NCBI GenBank assembly: GCA_965235115.1
Contig: OZ249436.1
Coordinates: 26,166,001 to 26,230,000 of the forward strand
Direction of reading: 5' to 3'
Source of the DNA: Laetmonice hystrix
Taxonomy: Eukaryota
Length of the DNA stretch: 64,000 nt
The position numbers and the translations under genes are program-made. This document shows positions 11,881 through 25,145 of the stretch, piece after piece. A model generated the notes under the pieces. The model was given only the letters and a program-made list of their open reading frames with translations. It made no database searches and had not been told where the DNA came from. Numbering within the stretch: position 1 is the first letter of the stretch; each line of letters starts with the position of its first letter.

Positions 11881-13342
11881 AAAATATAAAGCCCCATGAG
11901 AAGGGCTTACATCTGTCCGTCCCAAAGGACTCTCGTTACAGTTGATTCTGAAACATTCGGAGCCGGTCCTGCTAGTCCTTACGTCCATACGGACTCTGAC
12001 CGTCAAGTACAAATACACCAGCGACTGCTATCCTGCCCTATCTATCTCGGTCCTATCGCGCACCTTCGCCTCAAAGTCATGTTTCAGATCACTTTTGGCA
12101 CTGAAACTTGCTGAGAGTACACAATGTATTTTGTTGGATGTTATCTTAGTAGGTGAAATTCTCAGTTTGTTTGGTCAAATTCAGCGCAGCGCAGGCGACG
12201 AGCGGTGACCCAGTTTATCGGGTGTGCATATTTCCGACCTCTATAGTGGATCCGGAACGGACCGCATATAGGTCGCGCTACCTGGCGCTGACGGCACAGA
12301 GTGAAGCAACCCGTTTCGGGTATCCTGAGCGATATAACTTTTATCAGTTCCCGGTCACTCGGTGCACCGCAGATGCTTAGGGAGCCTTCGGACCCGACTT
12401 GCACGTAATCAACCGGACGTTTTATTTGTCCAATAATTATAATCAAGGTCAGAATAGCCATTCTATCACCTCTCCTCTCTGAAAATATCGATTTCATGCT
12501 CCATAGAAGAAGTTTAGTACCAAAACGAAGGCCGCAAAGTTCCGATAACGCACCTCTTCGCAAGAATTGCTGGGCAAACGTCACTCGACAACTAAACGGT
12601 GTTCTGGAAGACACCGTTTAGAAACTGAACTACCTTTGACCAGGGTTTATTCAGTTATTTTGTGCCTGATTAAATACATGGAAGGCTTACACGATGGTCA
12701 CGGGATGGTCTTATGTAGGCTACTCCCACTTTACTCTCCGCCATTACTGCTGCAGCTACCCCACTTCAAGATGGCGACCGAGCTTTCCATGCCGGAAGGC
12801 GGCATGGCCATTCAAGGGGAATTGTGGGATTTCTATGGTTTGGATAGGGTACAGTACAGTTGGGTGTAGCCCTACACTTATTAGAATGAACCATAATCAC
12901 ACGACACAATTTGTTAAATTTAACCAATCTATTTTTCCAGTGTAGCCTTAAAACAGTTAAGAACGCTTTATATGCATTTACTGACATCACAAAGAAGGGA
13001 CCAAAGAATCAAAAACTGACATTTCATACTGACTCCTCTGTTGAAAAAGAACCGCGGATATTACTGGAATGCGCCGTTGCGCATGCGTCTCGAGTCTCCC
13101 ATTCAGTGAAACAATGAAATTTCGTCTGAACTGTAACTGTTATGAGTGGATATTGGTCACTACCCGCTTTGTGTAATGTTTATGCTACTTTAACCTAAAT
13201 TTCCAACATTCCATTCTATGGCACAGCATCTGGTAGATTCATTAAAACAACCCATTGGAGGTGCTGGCCAGCGATGCACCCATTTTGTCCAGGTGCTCAT
13301 TAACATTACGTCATTATAACTAAGTCACGAAGTTTTACAATC

Positions 13343-13900
13343 ATGGACTACTGTGCCATATGCGAAGAACCTTTGGTTGATGATCAGCAAACCGGCACCC
13401 TTCGTGAAAAAGGAAGTCTTGGTGTGAACAAAGCAAGTGAACAGCGTGGGGATGATATCCAGACATCACCTGGACAATCAGTTCATGTTTTGTGTGGGAG
13501 AGACTACTGCAATCAACACATGATAAGCCGTTATTTAAAGACAAAAACAGCAACATCATCTACCCCCAGTCGCAGTCTGCGTTCACAAAGGCCTGGGTTC
13601 AACTTTCGGGAACACTCTCTGTTTTGCAGTCGGCCAGTGGTAGCCTATGTCCAGGAAAGAAGACGGCATATGATGACACGGCTGTGTTTCCAGTTAGAAA
13701 CGATGATTTCCAGGCTTCTGTTGAAACTGCGTCTAAGAACCGTGGTGATGAGTGGGCTCATCAAGTCCAAAATAGGATCAAATTTGCACGAGATCTGCAT
13801 GCCGTAGATGCTGTTTACCACCAAGTCTGCAGCATTAACTTCAGGACAGGGAGGCAAATTCCTTTGCAATACCAGAGTTCAGAGGTCGACCAACAGACGG
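13343..13900 (+). pseudogene. Frameshifted N-terminal fragment of a DNA-transposon protein (Academ-like)
   Basis: Overlapping ORFs give CAIC...VH..C.RDYCN...LRS...FNFREH.LFC and RGDEWAHQVQNRI...DLHAVDAVYHQVCSINFRTG. This pattern is recalled from large transposon proteins of marine invertebrates; the family assignment is tentative. Confidence 0.5.
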
Positions 13901-14546
13901 TGCACGAGATGAAGCATTCCTTAAGGTGGCTGCATATCATATTTGGCCACATTTTTTCTTCTCCTCTTTTTTTTCTCTTTTGTTGCTTAGAACTCCCTCT
14001 CATTAGCTTGTATGCTTAGGAAATCTATCTACCTTTACAATAAAATTTTGTTTCCCAACAGGTGACTATCAATGACCTTGTCCTGAAGATACTGGATGAG
14101 TTCTACCAAGCCCCAAACAAAGTGATGCTGAGGCAGAGAAGCCCAGAATAATACAGACAGCAGCAAGTCTAACGAGGTAATAGGTGTTGCTGGGCAACAC
14201 CAGATCCCATTTCCCATTTATGTACATGACGTGTACATAGGATGTGTACGTGGACGTGTACGTAGCCATGACGTGTCCATGTAATTGACATGTACTTAGG
14301 TATGACGTGTCCATGTACATGACATGTACTTAGCCATGACATATACGTAGCTAAGACTAGACCTGGGGCTTAGTACGGCCATAGCAATGTGGCAGGTGGC
14401 ATTGTACTGGTCAGAAGACCCATAATGCAGCTGTCGTCAACTCGGACAGACATAGGGCCTACATAGGGACAGAGGTTGAATTAGAAGGTCTACAAGCTGA
14501 TTGGTTGGGGGCTAAAGACATGACTTGCTTTATGTTGTCTAAAGCT

Positions 14547-15324
14547 CAGGGTTGCAAGTTTTCCATTAAGTAATGGAAATCCATAACTTTCAGAAAAAGC
14601 AAAAAAATCCACGTTTCTCCCCAAACGTTTATTCTTATTGCCCATTTTGTCCATTATTTATGTACATAATCCATATCATACTGCATTTCGTCTAAAACCT
14701 TTTCAATATTACATCTATACCCTCAATTTATTGATATAGTATCTAATACAGATGAAATCTGCATATTATTTATTATTGGATTCCATTTGTGGCCTATACT
14801 GCCCCTCTTCCTTCTTATTCTCCAAGCAGTGAAGACTTCCATTAAAAAGCTGGCTTTGGGCTCACTACTTCCATTAGAAATCCATTAATGGAAGAAGTGA
14901 ATACAGGAGCAATCCTGATTGGTTAATAATGTGTAAGCAACATTTGTAGAGCAATGGGATGTTGTAAGTTTACTTAATATATTGGTTAATAATGTGTAAG
15001 CAACATTTGTAGAGCAATGGGATGTTGTAAGTTTACTTAATTTAAAAATACTAGTATGATCTACTTAAGGACAAGTGCTAGTGTGAGGCCAAAAATTTGT
15101 TTGAGACAGATTTTTTTTTTAAATTTGCAGATAAACAGAGTATGTTGTCCTCTTTCAAAATTCAGCAAAAAAATGATACCTCACCGGCTTAGTTTTTTTG
15201 TTAGGAGCGTTTGAAGTTGGTATTTTCTTCATGTTAATGAATACAGTTTGCAATATTTTTTTTTTTTTTTTTTTTTTTTAACTTTTTTTTGGTCAGAACG
15301 GTGTTATGACAAATAGAAGTGGTT

Positions 15325-15361
<37 letters not shown>

Positions 15362-15923
15362 TTTTGACTTTGAACATTTTCACTGGCGTAAATGAGCAAA
15401 ACGTGAAAATGTTCAAAATCAAACTTTTTTTTTTTTTTTTTTACCACTTCTATAACTTGGAGACCGTTATGACAAATAGCAATGGTTAAAAAAAAAAAAA
15501 AAAAATTCTAAACAGTAATTAGTAATTAACATGACGAACATATCAATTTCAAACGCTCTTAACAAAAAAAGTAACCTGGTGAGGTATCATTTTTTTGCTG
15601 AATTTTGAATGAGGACAACATACTCTGTTTATCTGCAAAATTTTAAAAAAATCTGTCTCAAACAAATTTTTGGCCTCACACTAGCACTTGTCCTTAAATA
15701 CTTTTGTGGGTAAAATACGTTTAATATTATATCTGGTGTACAAATAATAATTAATCACTGAGAATATCCCATTCTCTGCTGAACACTTAACTCAAGGATG
15801 CTGGCTCAGCACCATGTTTGTTTACTAAGTGCTAAGGACCCGCACATGCTCTGCCAGTATCACAGACATTTACTAATTTCAAATATTTTCCATTAATTTC
15901 ATCCAGACCAACTTGCAACCCTG
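14547..15923. mobile_element. Non-autonomous TIR element
   Basis: CAGGGTTGCAAGTT ... AACTTGCAACCCTG with AAAGCT on both sides, and an internal ~61-bp tandem duplication at ~14917-15040. Confidence 0.75.
15069..15693. mobile_element. Foldback MITE with TTAA TSD (Kolobok-like)
   Basis: TTAA|GGACAAGTGCTAGTGTGAGGCC ... GGCCTCACACTAGCACTTGTCC|TTAA. The arms are complementary over most of the length. Confidence 0.88.
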
Positions 15924-17430
15924 AAAGCTACTGTCCCACTGCGCCGTTTAACGATTCCGTCTGAAAAACGAAGGCGTACGTTTATTGGACGTTGTCATTC
16001 GTTTTTAATTCGTTTTTCAGCTGGTTTTCAGAAGGCGCTAGACGTTGACAGACGGCGCTAGACGTTTTAAACTTTGGACATGTTCAAAGTTTGAAATGGC
16101 CAGCTTCCGATCGCGATTGGCGGTTCTCATATGTTACTCGTTACTCAGGCGGAATCTTACCGGTTTTTAGACTTTTATGGCTGTTGGGCAGGCGGACAGC
16201 TCTTCCGCCTCCAGCCACGGAACGCACCATAATGTTGTGGGCACGGCCCCCCGGCCCATCTATATTAATGTCTTTTATTAGTATATTAATTGTTCATTGT
16301 ATTTTAATCATGTATTGTATGTATTGTATTAGGCTCCTATTGTAGATCTATATCAATTGTATATTAGCCAATTATTATATTGTAATGTATATATTAACGG
16401 TAGTATTTAGAGTGTGTGTATGATGGAAACCTCTACTGGCCTCCTCCATGTATTCCGGTAAGTCGAGTATCGAGGATGTGGGAGAAGAGGGAGCGGTGGA
16501 CGGGAAGTATCGGGTGAGCTGGCATGAGTTGACACGCAATAGCCGCCCCGTTCCCCTGGTCACTTGCCGGGAGGTCCTACAGCCAACTGGGGGTCATGAC
16601 CGACCCCCGAAGCGCTGGCCTCCTGGCGATAGGAAGTGCCAGACGGATCCTGCGGGGAGGTGTCACCCTGTGGTCAGGCCGCTTACCCAATTGCTTCCCG
16701 CGGAAATCCTGCGTCTCTCCGGGGTCATGGCCGGGCACTGGCGCGCGGACGAACGGCTTTGGCCTGTGGGGGGTGACGTAAGGGTATACCCATCCCCACA
16801 GTAGGCCCGGGTGTCCGGCTGGTTGGCAGTCATTGACAGCTGCCAGTATGGGCACGGCTGGGAAGGACCGGATGGAGGACGACCAATAAATAGGGGACCC
16901 ATCATGTAGTAAAGGGAGATTAGATTTAGATTCCAGACAGAGCAGTACGAGATTTCATCTAGTAGATGCAGACAGTTAAGTCTCAGATTCCGTTCAGCTG
17001 AGAGTTGGGAGTAGCCAGCTACTATCGGCAGTTAGATAGAGAGTTGGTAGGCGAGAGGCTGAGGATGCGATTGTAGTTGGAGATTGATAATACAACCATC
17101 ACGGAAAACCAGCTCGTTATGTTGTGATTGGGGGACTGCAACAATATGTCTTTGGAACGGTGAAACCGGCAAGAAAACAGCTGAATAACGTCCAAGAAAC
17201 AGTCACGTAACGAATACATGAGCACCTGATCTCAGGCCAAAGACAGTCCTCGCAACGGTAAAAACGGATGGATACGGATAGAGGAACGTCTATCAACGTC
17301 TAATCACGTCTGAATAACGGTAAAAACGCATACAAAAAGTTAGAGATAAGTGTGAGAAACGCCTTGGCAACGGCCAGACGGGCAGAAACGGACATCCAGC
17401 TGAAAAAGCTTGGGTCCTGCTAGGCCAAGA
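15924..17430. mobile_element. Harbinger-like non-autonomous element, interrupted by an LTR-like fragment from ~16233; further reverse copies at ~27690-28070 and ~54770-55830
   Basis: Terminus AGCTACTGTCCCACTGCGCCGTTTAAC matches, reverse-complemented, the sequence at ~55750-55777. The block AAACTTTGGACATGTTCAAAGTTTGAAATGGCCAGCTTCCGATC is shared with small differences by all three copies. Confidence 0.65.
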
Positions 17431-19494
17431 GCCCTGGCCAGTTTTCGTTCAGTTTCGTGACCATATCAATGAGACTATCTAATTCTGCATAAAATAGTTG
17501 TGTAAGTTAGTACTGAATACAAATCCACTTGTTGTCATGTGCAAAACTTGCACAATTAATAAAAAACGAGAATTAACGTTCGAACTATTTCGTAATCCTC
17601 TCGGCCAATCAGATTACGCATACGAGGGTGTGTGTCCCTCATTATAATAAATAAACATCAATATGACGACCTCGAGACAGGTGGAAGAGGACTCAGCACA
17701 GCCTGAAAAAATGACTTGTTTGCTGCATGTGTTTGTAAAAGAAAAAACTAAAGTGACTCAGTTCACAGCGCTAAGTTGGAAGAAGGCACGCGAGTGTGCA
17801 GAAAGATGGAAAGACCTAAAGGATTGCAGGGAGACGCAAATTGTTTCATGTTCTATGCGCGCCATGACCCAGTTGAGTATGTCAGACTCGATGTCCCAAA
17901 TGTAGTCTACATTTCATTCTCCAGTCGACAATTCTCCTTATAAATAACAGTTTTTAGCAATCAGTTCATTAGTTGGAGGGTATTACGACGAATTCCTGTT
18001 AATTTAAGCACCCGGTTAGAGATTTTTCGCTATGTTTTCGGCCGACCAAATTGGGACTCCCGTATCGGGAAAATGGGCGACTCGGGTCGGGGTGAGTGGG
18101 ACATGGAATCTTGGTCGATATGGCGCACATCGGATATGGAGTCTGACAATATCCAAGGTCACCCATCCGTCCATTTTTACTACAACCTCCCAGGAAGTTA
18201 CCTCTCTTGACCTGGGGTCTATGGGTTATTTTAGGTTCTATAGGCTTTAGGCCCCTATAGCAGCTGTACAGCCCTCCAAGCCTTGGACCAAGGCCCACAG
18301 AAGTCAGAAGTTAGGCTTATGTTATCGGCCTGAGTGGCGGATCCGGGGGGGGGGGGTCGGAGTAACCACTTACGAAGTAGTTTTATCTTTTTTTCTGTTT
18401 GAAAGTTAAAAAACATACACATGCACCGCTTCCTCTTGGCACGCCCTCCCCACTTGACAAACCCCCCCTTGGCGCAAGCCTAGATCTGCCTAACTTTCTT
18501 ACAAAATCGGGGGGGGGGGTTATTATTATTTTTTTTTATTCCAATACAACATTATATGGGGGATCAACACAATACTGGCTGTTCTTTCTCCCCCACGTAC
18601 TGTGCCATTGGCCATTGGGGTTACAGATCAGGTCTAAGGCAGTGGCGTAGCTACCGAGAGCAGGGGGCAGACTTCATACCCCCCTGCACTGGCGGATCCA
18701 GGGGGGTTTAGGGGGTTTAATCCCCCCCCCCTCAGAGCCACCAATATAAGCGCCTACTGGACCCCACCCGTTAGGGCTCCCTTGCTTCGCGAGCTCGGCA
18801 CTGTTGGCCGCTATGGCGTCCCCCCCCCCCTTGAAAAAATCCTAGACCGCGTCTGCCCTGGAAGTATTTTGGGAAAGTTTGGGGAAATTTCTGCGGAAAA
18901 TTTGAAATATCATGGTGGGAAACTGAGCCTGGAAAAAGAAGCCTAATAGCTTATTGCATAATTGTATAACGGGGGGGGGGGGGGGGTTGATATGAGGGTG
19001 AATATCGAAACTGTTATAAAACATTTCTCTGGGATGAAGAAGAGAAAAGTAGCATTGTAATAATACACATTGAAAACTATTAAGTTGTAGGCCTATGTCT
19101 GAGGCTATCATATATGTGTAAATAGCACTTTTATAAATAGCACTTGTCAATGTTGACATGCTATACAAACCAGGGCCGTAGCCTGCCCAAAAATCCCGGA
19201 GGGGCAGGGGCAGGGGCTAGGCTATTTACATTTTCTTCACACGTCAGTAAGTCGCAAAACAAAAGACCCAGCAATAGAGCGTCTAACAATAGCCTATCCC
19301 TGCGACTGGCATTTCAGTGACGTAGCTAGAAATCCACCAATCTTATGCTGAGTTATGGCAGGGTGGCACTGGCAGGGGCCACGCAAGGCAGCTGAGCCTG
19401 AGGCAGCTGCTTCGGCAGAATTTTTTTAAACCGCTCAAATCTAAGCAAAGCTATATTGCTGGCCACTGGCTTCAGCCAAAATAATTAAATTATC

Positions 19495-20390
19495 TTCAAA
19501 CACAGTCGGGGTCAAAGACCCATCTATCTGGAGATGCACCTAAATGTATTAAATTAGGATTTGTAATCAGCCCTGATAAGTAAACATTTCTGCTAAATGT
19601 TTTTGCATACTTTTCTGCCGCAACAGGTTCCGTGTCCACTCCATGCTTCATTACTTTTGTCTGGATATGTTTTTTTTACTAAAGAGCTGAGAAGCTAGTG
19701 ATTCATAATTACCTCTTCTGCTGCATACCCTTTTAAACACTTAAGCACTTAGCCTGTGTTGTCTAAGATCATGCCACTCCTGACTACTACTCTGTCTTCT
19801 TGTCACCTTTTCAATTTCTATGCACTGGTTGACACCAAGAGAAAGACTCTCAAGAAGACATGTTTCCCCGTATGAAAGAGGACCATGAAAACGACAATGG
19901 AGTGCTGGTGGGATGAATGAAGGTGAATTATGACCAGCAACTGTAATGATGTCTGATGAAGCATCTGCAGATGGAATAGATGATAACTGATATGAAAGTA
20001 CACTTCCTCTTGGAACTTCTCCATATGTAGTGTTCACATACTGGATTTTAGATGGTGGTGTCCATAACTTACGTTAACCACGTTAACGGTTAGGCCCAGA
20101 GCCAGACAGTCACAGACACAGGACAGGGGACTAGTCTGTAGTCAGTGGTAGACTACCGGATAATAAAAATTACCTTTGAATCCATGGACATACTGCTCCA
20201 GAAAGAACTTATATCCCCTCTGTGAAGTTGTGTGGATTCCGCTGCACTGTTCCATATAGGCCTCAAGCATAGTCGCGGTGAACCGTGGAACGGCCACGAG
20301 GTTCCCATGCTATACCGTCACCGTCAACGCCATTTTGAAAATGTTTGCTAGGTCAGCCTCGTTCTGGACTCGGCGTGAATAAGGTCAATA
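19495..20390 (-). pseudogene. Degenerate YqaJ/lambda-exonuclease-domain gene of a DNA transposon (ISL2EU-like)
   Basis: Minus strand reads TRRQSSSQEWHDLRQHRLSA*, MKHGVDTEPVAAEKY and NPNLIHLGASPDR (YqaJ motifs) with a stop and a frameshift. An upstream exon-like piece RGYKFFLEQYVHGFK ends at a GT donor at ~20173. Confidence 0.72.
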
Positions 20391-20524
20391 CAATAACATG
20401 TTTATTTCTTAACTGGAAGGGCATGCTGTAAAAATTAAAAGATGTCAGCATGCTGTCCAATAACTTTAGAATTTATTTGCCCCACAGCTCATAACCATAC
20501 ACCATTATTGACCAGTAATACTAT

Positions 20525-21470
20525 TGTGGCGACCCTGACTATGGATGTCAGGGTCTGCGGGCACAGGCTCCGTGTTCGTATGTCTTACTTCTCGTTGTGT
20601 TCCTAAATCTTACCTGATTACCTGATCTTATTGGGGATTGAGACGGTGTGGCTGGAGTGGGGGATAATGGACTTAAGGTCTTAAATATAGGCAGAAGGAA
20701 AGTGACACACAAAACAGTATTATGAATGCTATAGATAATATTGTATTCAGTACATGGTTCCTAACCCGTTGTGGTTGCCGACTTACCTGACCATGTGTGT
20801 GCAGACTATTATAAAAGATAACTTACTAGGTATTAAGGTATTTAGCAAAAACACGGATGGGGAAGGACCATCCCCGATGGGAGGTGGAGAGCGCCACTCC
20901 TTTGGGAGGCGAGCCAGATACACCAAACACACACCGCCGAGCAGCAGGGTCAATCCGGCGCAGCAGACAGCACTGGGTAAGAGGGCCCGGCAGGGATCTA
21001 TCAGTCGCCAGTCGTAACCGGGCCAGATATGCCAGAATGCTCCTCTTTGCCGCTGGACTTGGGCGAATCTCTAGAAGAACCAGTGCTGCCAACTGCGCTC
21101 AATGCCGCTCCCACGTCTGCTGCTCGACTGCTGCTCGGGCGGGGGTGGTGTTGGCTGCCGGCCCATTGGAGAGGGTGGATCACTCTCCCCGATTTCAAGC
21201 CGTGCAGCCCGTCTTAAAGGAGGGCTGCAGCCAATGGGAATGGTGACCAATGGGAAATGTCCCCAACCCCGGCACTTCAAGGGGTGGCCAACAGGAGATC
21301 GGATCTCCAGGATCTCCATATGGCCACGCCCACGCACGGACGGTCTGGACGCTGCGGGTGGGAGGGGGCACTCCCACGGTCACCAAGTCCAAAATACTGA
21401 CATACAAAGTTTGGAATAAAATACACTAACTTACATTATTACACACACACATAAACCCAGAATCGCCACA
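20525..21470. mobile_element. Probable solo LTR
   Basis: Inverted termini TGTGGCGA ... TCGCCACA, ~946 bp, no coding domain. The flanks (CTAT/TCAT) do not form a perfect TSD. Confidence 0.55.
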
Positions 21471-21957
21471 TCATGCTATCAAACGACTCAATTCAGTTGG
21501 CAAATAGAGTTTTCTCGCTTAATTCACAGTGAGATGAGCCACAGTGTGAGCAGGGGGATGACCTTATAGTAGCCGAGGTCACGCCGCTTGCTCTGGCGGG
21601 AAATGGATAATTAGTTCCTTGAGTTGCTGTAGATAAGAGCATTCGCTGACCCTATACCCAGCTGTTTTATGTCCTAATCTGTAAACCATTATAATGTCAC
21701 GCACCCCCTTGAGGCACAAACAACACTTTTCCTGCGCAAAAACACCCGAAGACCCTGGCGAAAAAAGGTGGAAAGGGAAGAAAATCCTTTAATCTTGTTT
21801 TCAATAGTATACAAAATCGGTTTTAGCAGGAAAAGGCTGCATAATGGATAGTGTTTTAGGGAGCTATCAACATACGAATAGTCTATATTGCCCTGGAAGT
21901 GAGTGGGGATGTCGGCATGTCGGCAACTAGGCCCTAATCGTCACGGCGAAAACATGG

Positions 21958-22980
21958 AACTAGATACGTTGTGGTGATACCACAATGGATCCCATCCCCG
22001 GGGTGTCCCGTCCAACATGTTAAGAGAAGCGATAACAATGGTGCTATCATGCACCCGTGACGACGTATAAGTCTTAGAAGATGCAAATTATGTCATTATG
22101 ACAAATGAAAGAACATATGTAACTTCCTATTAGTGTTTAATAGTAACTATGGTTCTAACCTCAACCATAACCATTAACAAGTTATATCCCAGTTCTCCTT
22201 AAGGTCAAAGGTCAAAGGTCAAATGAAGGCTCAAATTTAAGTATGACCCATGCCTAATTATAGCACCATGATGGGTTTTGGAAATTCTCAATATGAGGTT
22301 AAAAATGGCCTCAATGTACAAATCACGTTTGACGTCATGACGTCATGACGTGACGTCATGACTGAATGTATGACCTGTCTTTGTCAATGTCATGGTCAAG
22401 GTGTGTATTCAAGAACAATTATGGCTCTGTCTCAAATCTTTCAAGAGTTACAGCCAGGAATCTTCTAAATTTTAAAACTTTAATACTTGCAGGTCAACTG
22501 GTTCAGCGAAAATAGGTCAAATCCTTAGAAATAATGGTGCCAAACGAAAGATTATATCACTTCCTATTTGTGTACAATAATAAACATGGCCCTTTAACAG
22601 AAGCATCTTCGAGTTATCGCCATAGATACCTAAACTGGGCACTGTTCAAAATTTCAATGTCACGTAACTCCGCGAAAATAGGTCAAATCGCTTATCCTTG
22701 GATAACTATTGGGAAGCTCTTGTCAGAGAGTCGTTCTGCCAAATATTGCCAAATATAAAGCTTTATCAAAAAATGAAGAAGTAGGGATTTAACCGATTTA
22801 CGACCTAGGACCCAGTTCTCCTTAAGGTCAAAGGTCAAACGAAGGGTCAGTCTTTGGCAAGACCCTTGCCCAATCCCCTTGTCTTGATAGATATTGTAAA
22901 TTCCCAATACGAACTTTAAAATTGGCCCCCAATGTCCCAAAAATTTGACGTCATGACGTTACGTCACGTGACGTCATGAC
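21958..22980 (-). mobile_element. Truncated reverse copy related to the Helentron-type element at 7707-9955
   Basis: Begins AACTAG, stem-loop, ATCCCATCCCCGGGG (reverse of the 3' end). 22420-22980 is homologous to the reverse of ~7850-8430. Confidence 0.75.
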
Positions 22981-22984
22981 ATAA

Positions 22985-23720
22985 AAAACAGTAACTGCTT
23001 TTTACTTGAAAATCCAAGCACTTACTCACATCTGTATGCATAAACTCCTAGTAAAAGCTTTTGCTAAAAAGCATCTACTTGTAGATGCATCGGCTTGTAC
23101 TCTGCGACGATATATTGATAAGTAGATTGGAGTGATTGGAGCAAAAGCAATAAGTAATTACTTTGTATGCTTTTACTTGAAATGAAGCAAATGCTTCAAA
23201 TCATATGCATAAAACTGAGCAATTGGCCCAACATTCCAAGCATTTACTGAGGAATCTCAAGGTAGCTCCAGACCTACCTTGACTGTTGACTAGACAAGAC
23301 GTGGTCATTCACTTCAAGGAAAATGACAGCTTTTATGCAGTTGGGTCGCAAGAGGAAAGTCTACCAGCATCGACAGAATGAGGCATGATCGACATATCGT
23401 GAGGAATTAAGATTTTTATGAGGAAAATGTGACATGAAATTGAACTGTCTGCACCGAGTGCCCACAGCTATTTTTGTCATGGAACGCTTGCACGCCTTCA
23501 CCAATGTTGCATCACCCTTAGTGAGTCTCCTGAACCGAGAAGCTAATGGTTGGTAAATAAGGAAATGCTTGTCAAGTATGAGCATTTGCTTTCAAGTAAA
23601 AGCAAAATGTTATGCATCTGAAATCAAGCTTATGCTTTTACTTCTACCTTTTGCTTGGAGCAATTGCTTTCACTTTTAGCTTTTGCTAGAAGCATCTGCT
23701 TCCTTTTTATGCATATGACC
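22985..23720. mobile_element. MITE remnant with inverted subterminal AAAAGC/ATGCAT repeats
   Basis: Mirror-arranged repeats (TATGCAT, AAGCAATTGC, AAAAGC) at both ends. The left TIR was not identified. Confidence 0.45.
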
Positions 23721-24494
23721 CAATGATAGGCGGGGATGATGCATGGATGGATATTCTCCTCTCGGTTGGGCTTGTTTCATCTGGGCCAGGTCTGGACTCT
23801 GTCCCAACGTGGCTGCACTATGTCCAGTTAGCACAGCTGGTTTGCCGCAACCCAAAGCCGAAGTTGTACAGTCATGTGTCCCGTAAGGACAAACTGTTGC
23901 ACGAATGCAGTATTGCAACTTTTCATCCCAAGCTGCAGATGATTATAAAATTCCGGCAGTAGGTATCTGGAGGTGAGAGAAACAGATTCCCATTGAGATA
24001 TTGAGATCCGTTTTCAAATGTAAAGTGACCTGGGATAGGTTCCTCAGTCGCGCGCCTAAGTACCTGGCTTAGAACAAGTAAGGCAGTGCTCATTCCCCAA
24101 AATGGGCTCCTCAGTCATCGAAAGAGTCACGCACAGCTAGGCACGGACCAGCTTAGCTCAGTAATGCCGTATCTTATTATACCTGGCCATGAAAGTGGAC
24201 CAAACCGAATGCACGAGGCAGCGATTCGTATTTTCAGTCACACCATGCAGAGTGAACCTGACTCACCCCACGTTCACATTGGAGGCTTGTTCCGACGCCT
24301 ACCTGCTGTTTCGGGTGGCCACCTGTATATGAACGCACTCGTCCGACATAACTTAGTCGCGTAAGCCCCCCGAGTTACTTCGGGCAAATAGGGGGCATAG
24401 CTATGTCGGTAGACTACTTACGTCGCGTAACTTCAATCTGAACGCTCGCTTGCCGACATAGTCCACATAGTGCACCAGAGGGCGCCGGTGCATT

Positions 24495-25145
24495 GATGCC
24501 GTGAAAGTGACCATGGCCAATAATACGGCAGGTACCAAGCACAATACTATGCTGCCGTATTTTGGGCCTTGCCGTGAAGGGCAAGTACCTTGCACTATAC
24601 CCCCAATGCCAGGTTTGCCTTGTATGAGGCCCAGCTCGTCATTCGCATCGAAAGGTTTAAAGCAAATGCTAACATTAATGAAAAGTTGGACGATGACCCG
24701 AATTTCGGGTTTCATAAATTTAAATATTGACGTAGCTGACACATAATGCATAGACAATCAGTAGACAACCCAAATAAACGATCGTTTTTTCCCTGCTGCT
24801 AGAGCATGGTGTATGCAGGCTGACAAATATAAGGAAGGAGGAATAAAGGGAGGAGAAAAGAGGAAGAAAGGGAGGAGGAGGAGGGAGAACGGAGGAGGCA
24901 ACGGAGAACCGGACGAACCTGGACTTAATTACATCCTTGTTGCGACTTGGCAAAAATACGGCAAGGTCACAAATACGGCACCTAAGCTGCCGTGAAAGTG
25001 GCCTGCCGTGAAAGTGGTCTGCCGTATTAGTGGCCATGGTCACTTTCACGGTAAGCCCCAAAATACGGCAGCCTAAGTGTCGTAAATGTGGCCTTGCCGT
25101 GAAAGTGGTCATGGCCCAAAATACGGCGGCCACTTTCACGGGAGG
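24495..25145. repeat. Clustered direct and inverted GCCGTGAAAGTGGCC / AATACGGCA repeats, probably transposon subtermini
   Basis: The motif recurs at ~24498, 24989, 25005 and 25096, and inverted at ~25040 and 25128. Confidence 0.6.

Noticed and set aside
11686..12018. ORFs with repetitive peptides (KCEIRNA, FRISHFA)
   Set aside because: These are translation artefacts of a 7-bp tandem repeat.
14190..14540. Possible 3' remnant of the first Gypsy element (similar TGACATG-rich composition)
   Set aside because: Compositional resemblance only; no alignable match to the LTR, PPT or TSD was found.
17663..17860. Short ORF (FTALSWKKARECAERWKDL) resembling a transposon protein N-terminus
   Set aside because: Too short and truncated to assign without a homology search.
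20754..21419. Multiple overlapping ORFs in a GC-rich stretch (similar at 16448-16905 and 26064-26611)
   Set aside because: Open frames on both strands are expected from high GC. There are no protein motifs and the regions look like LTR or other repeat DNA.
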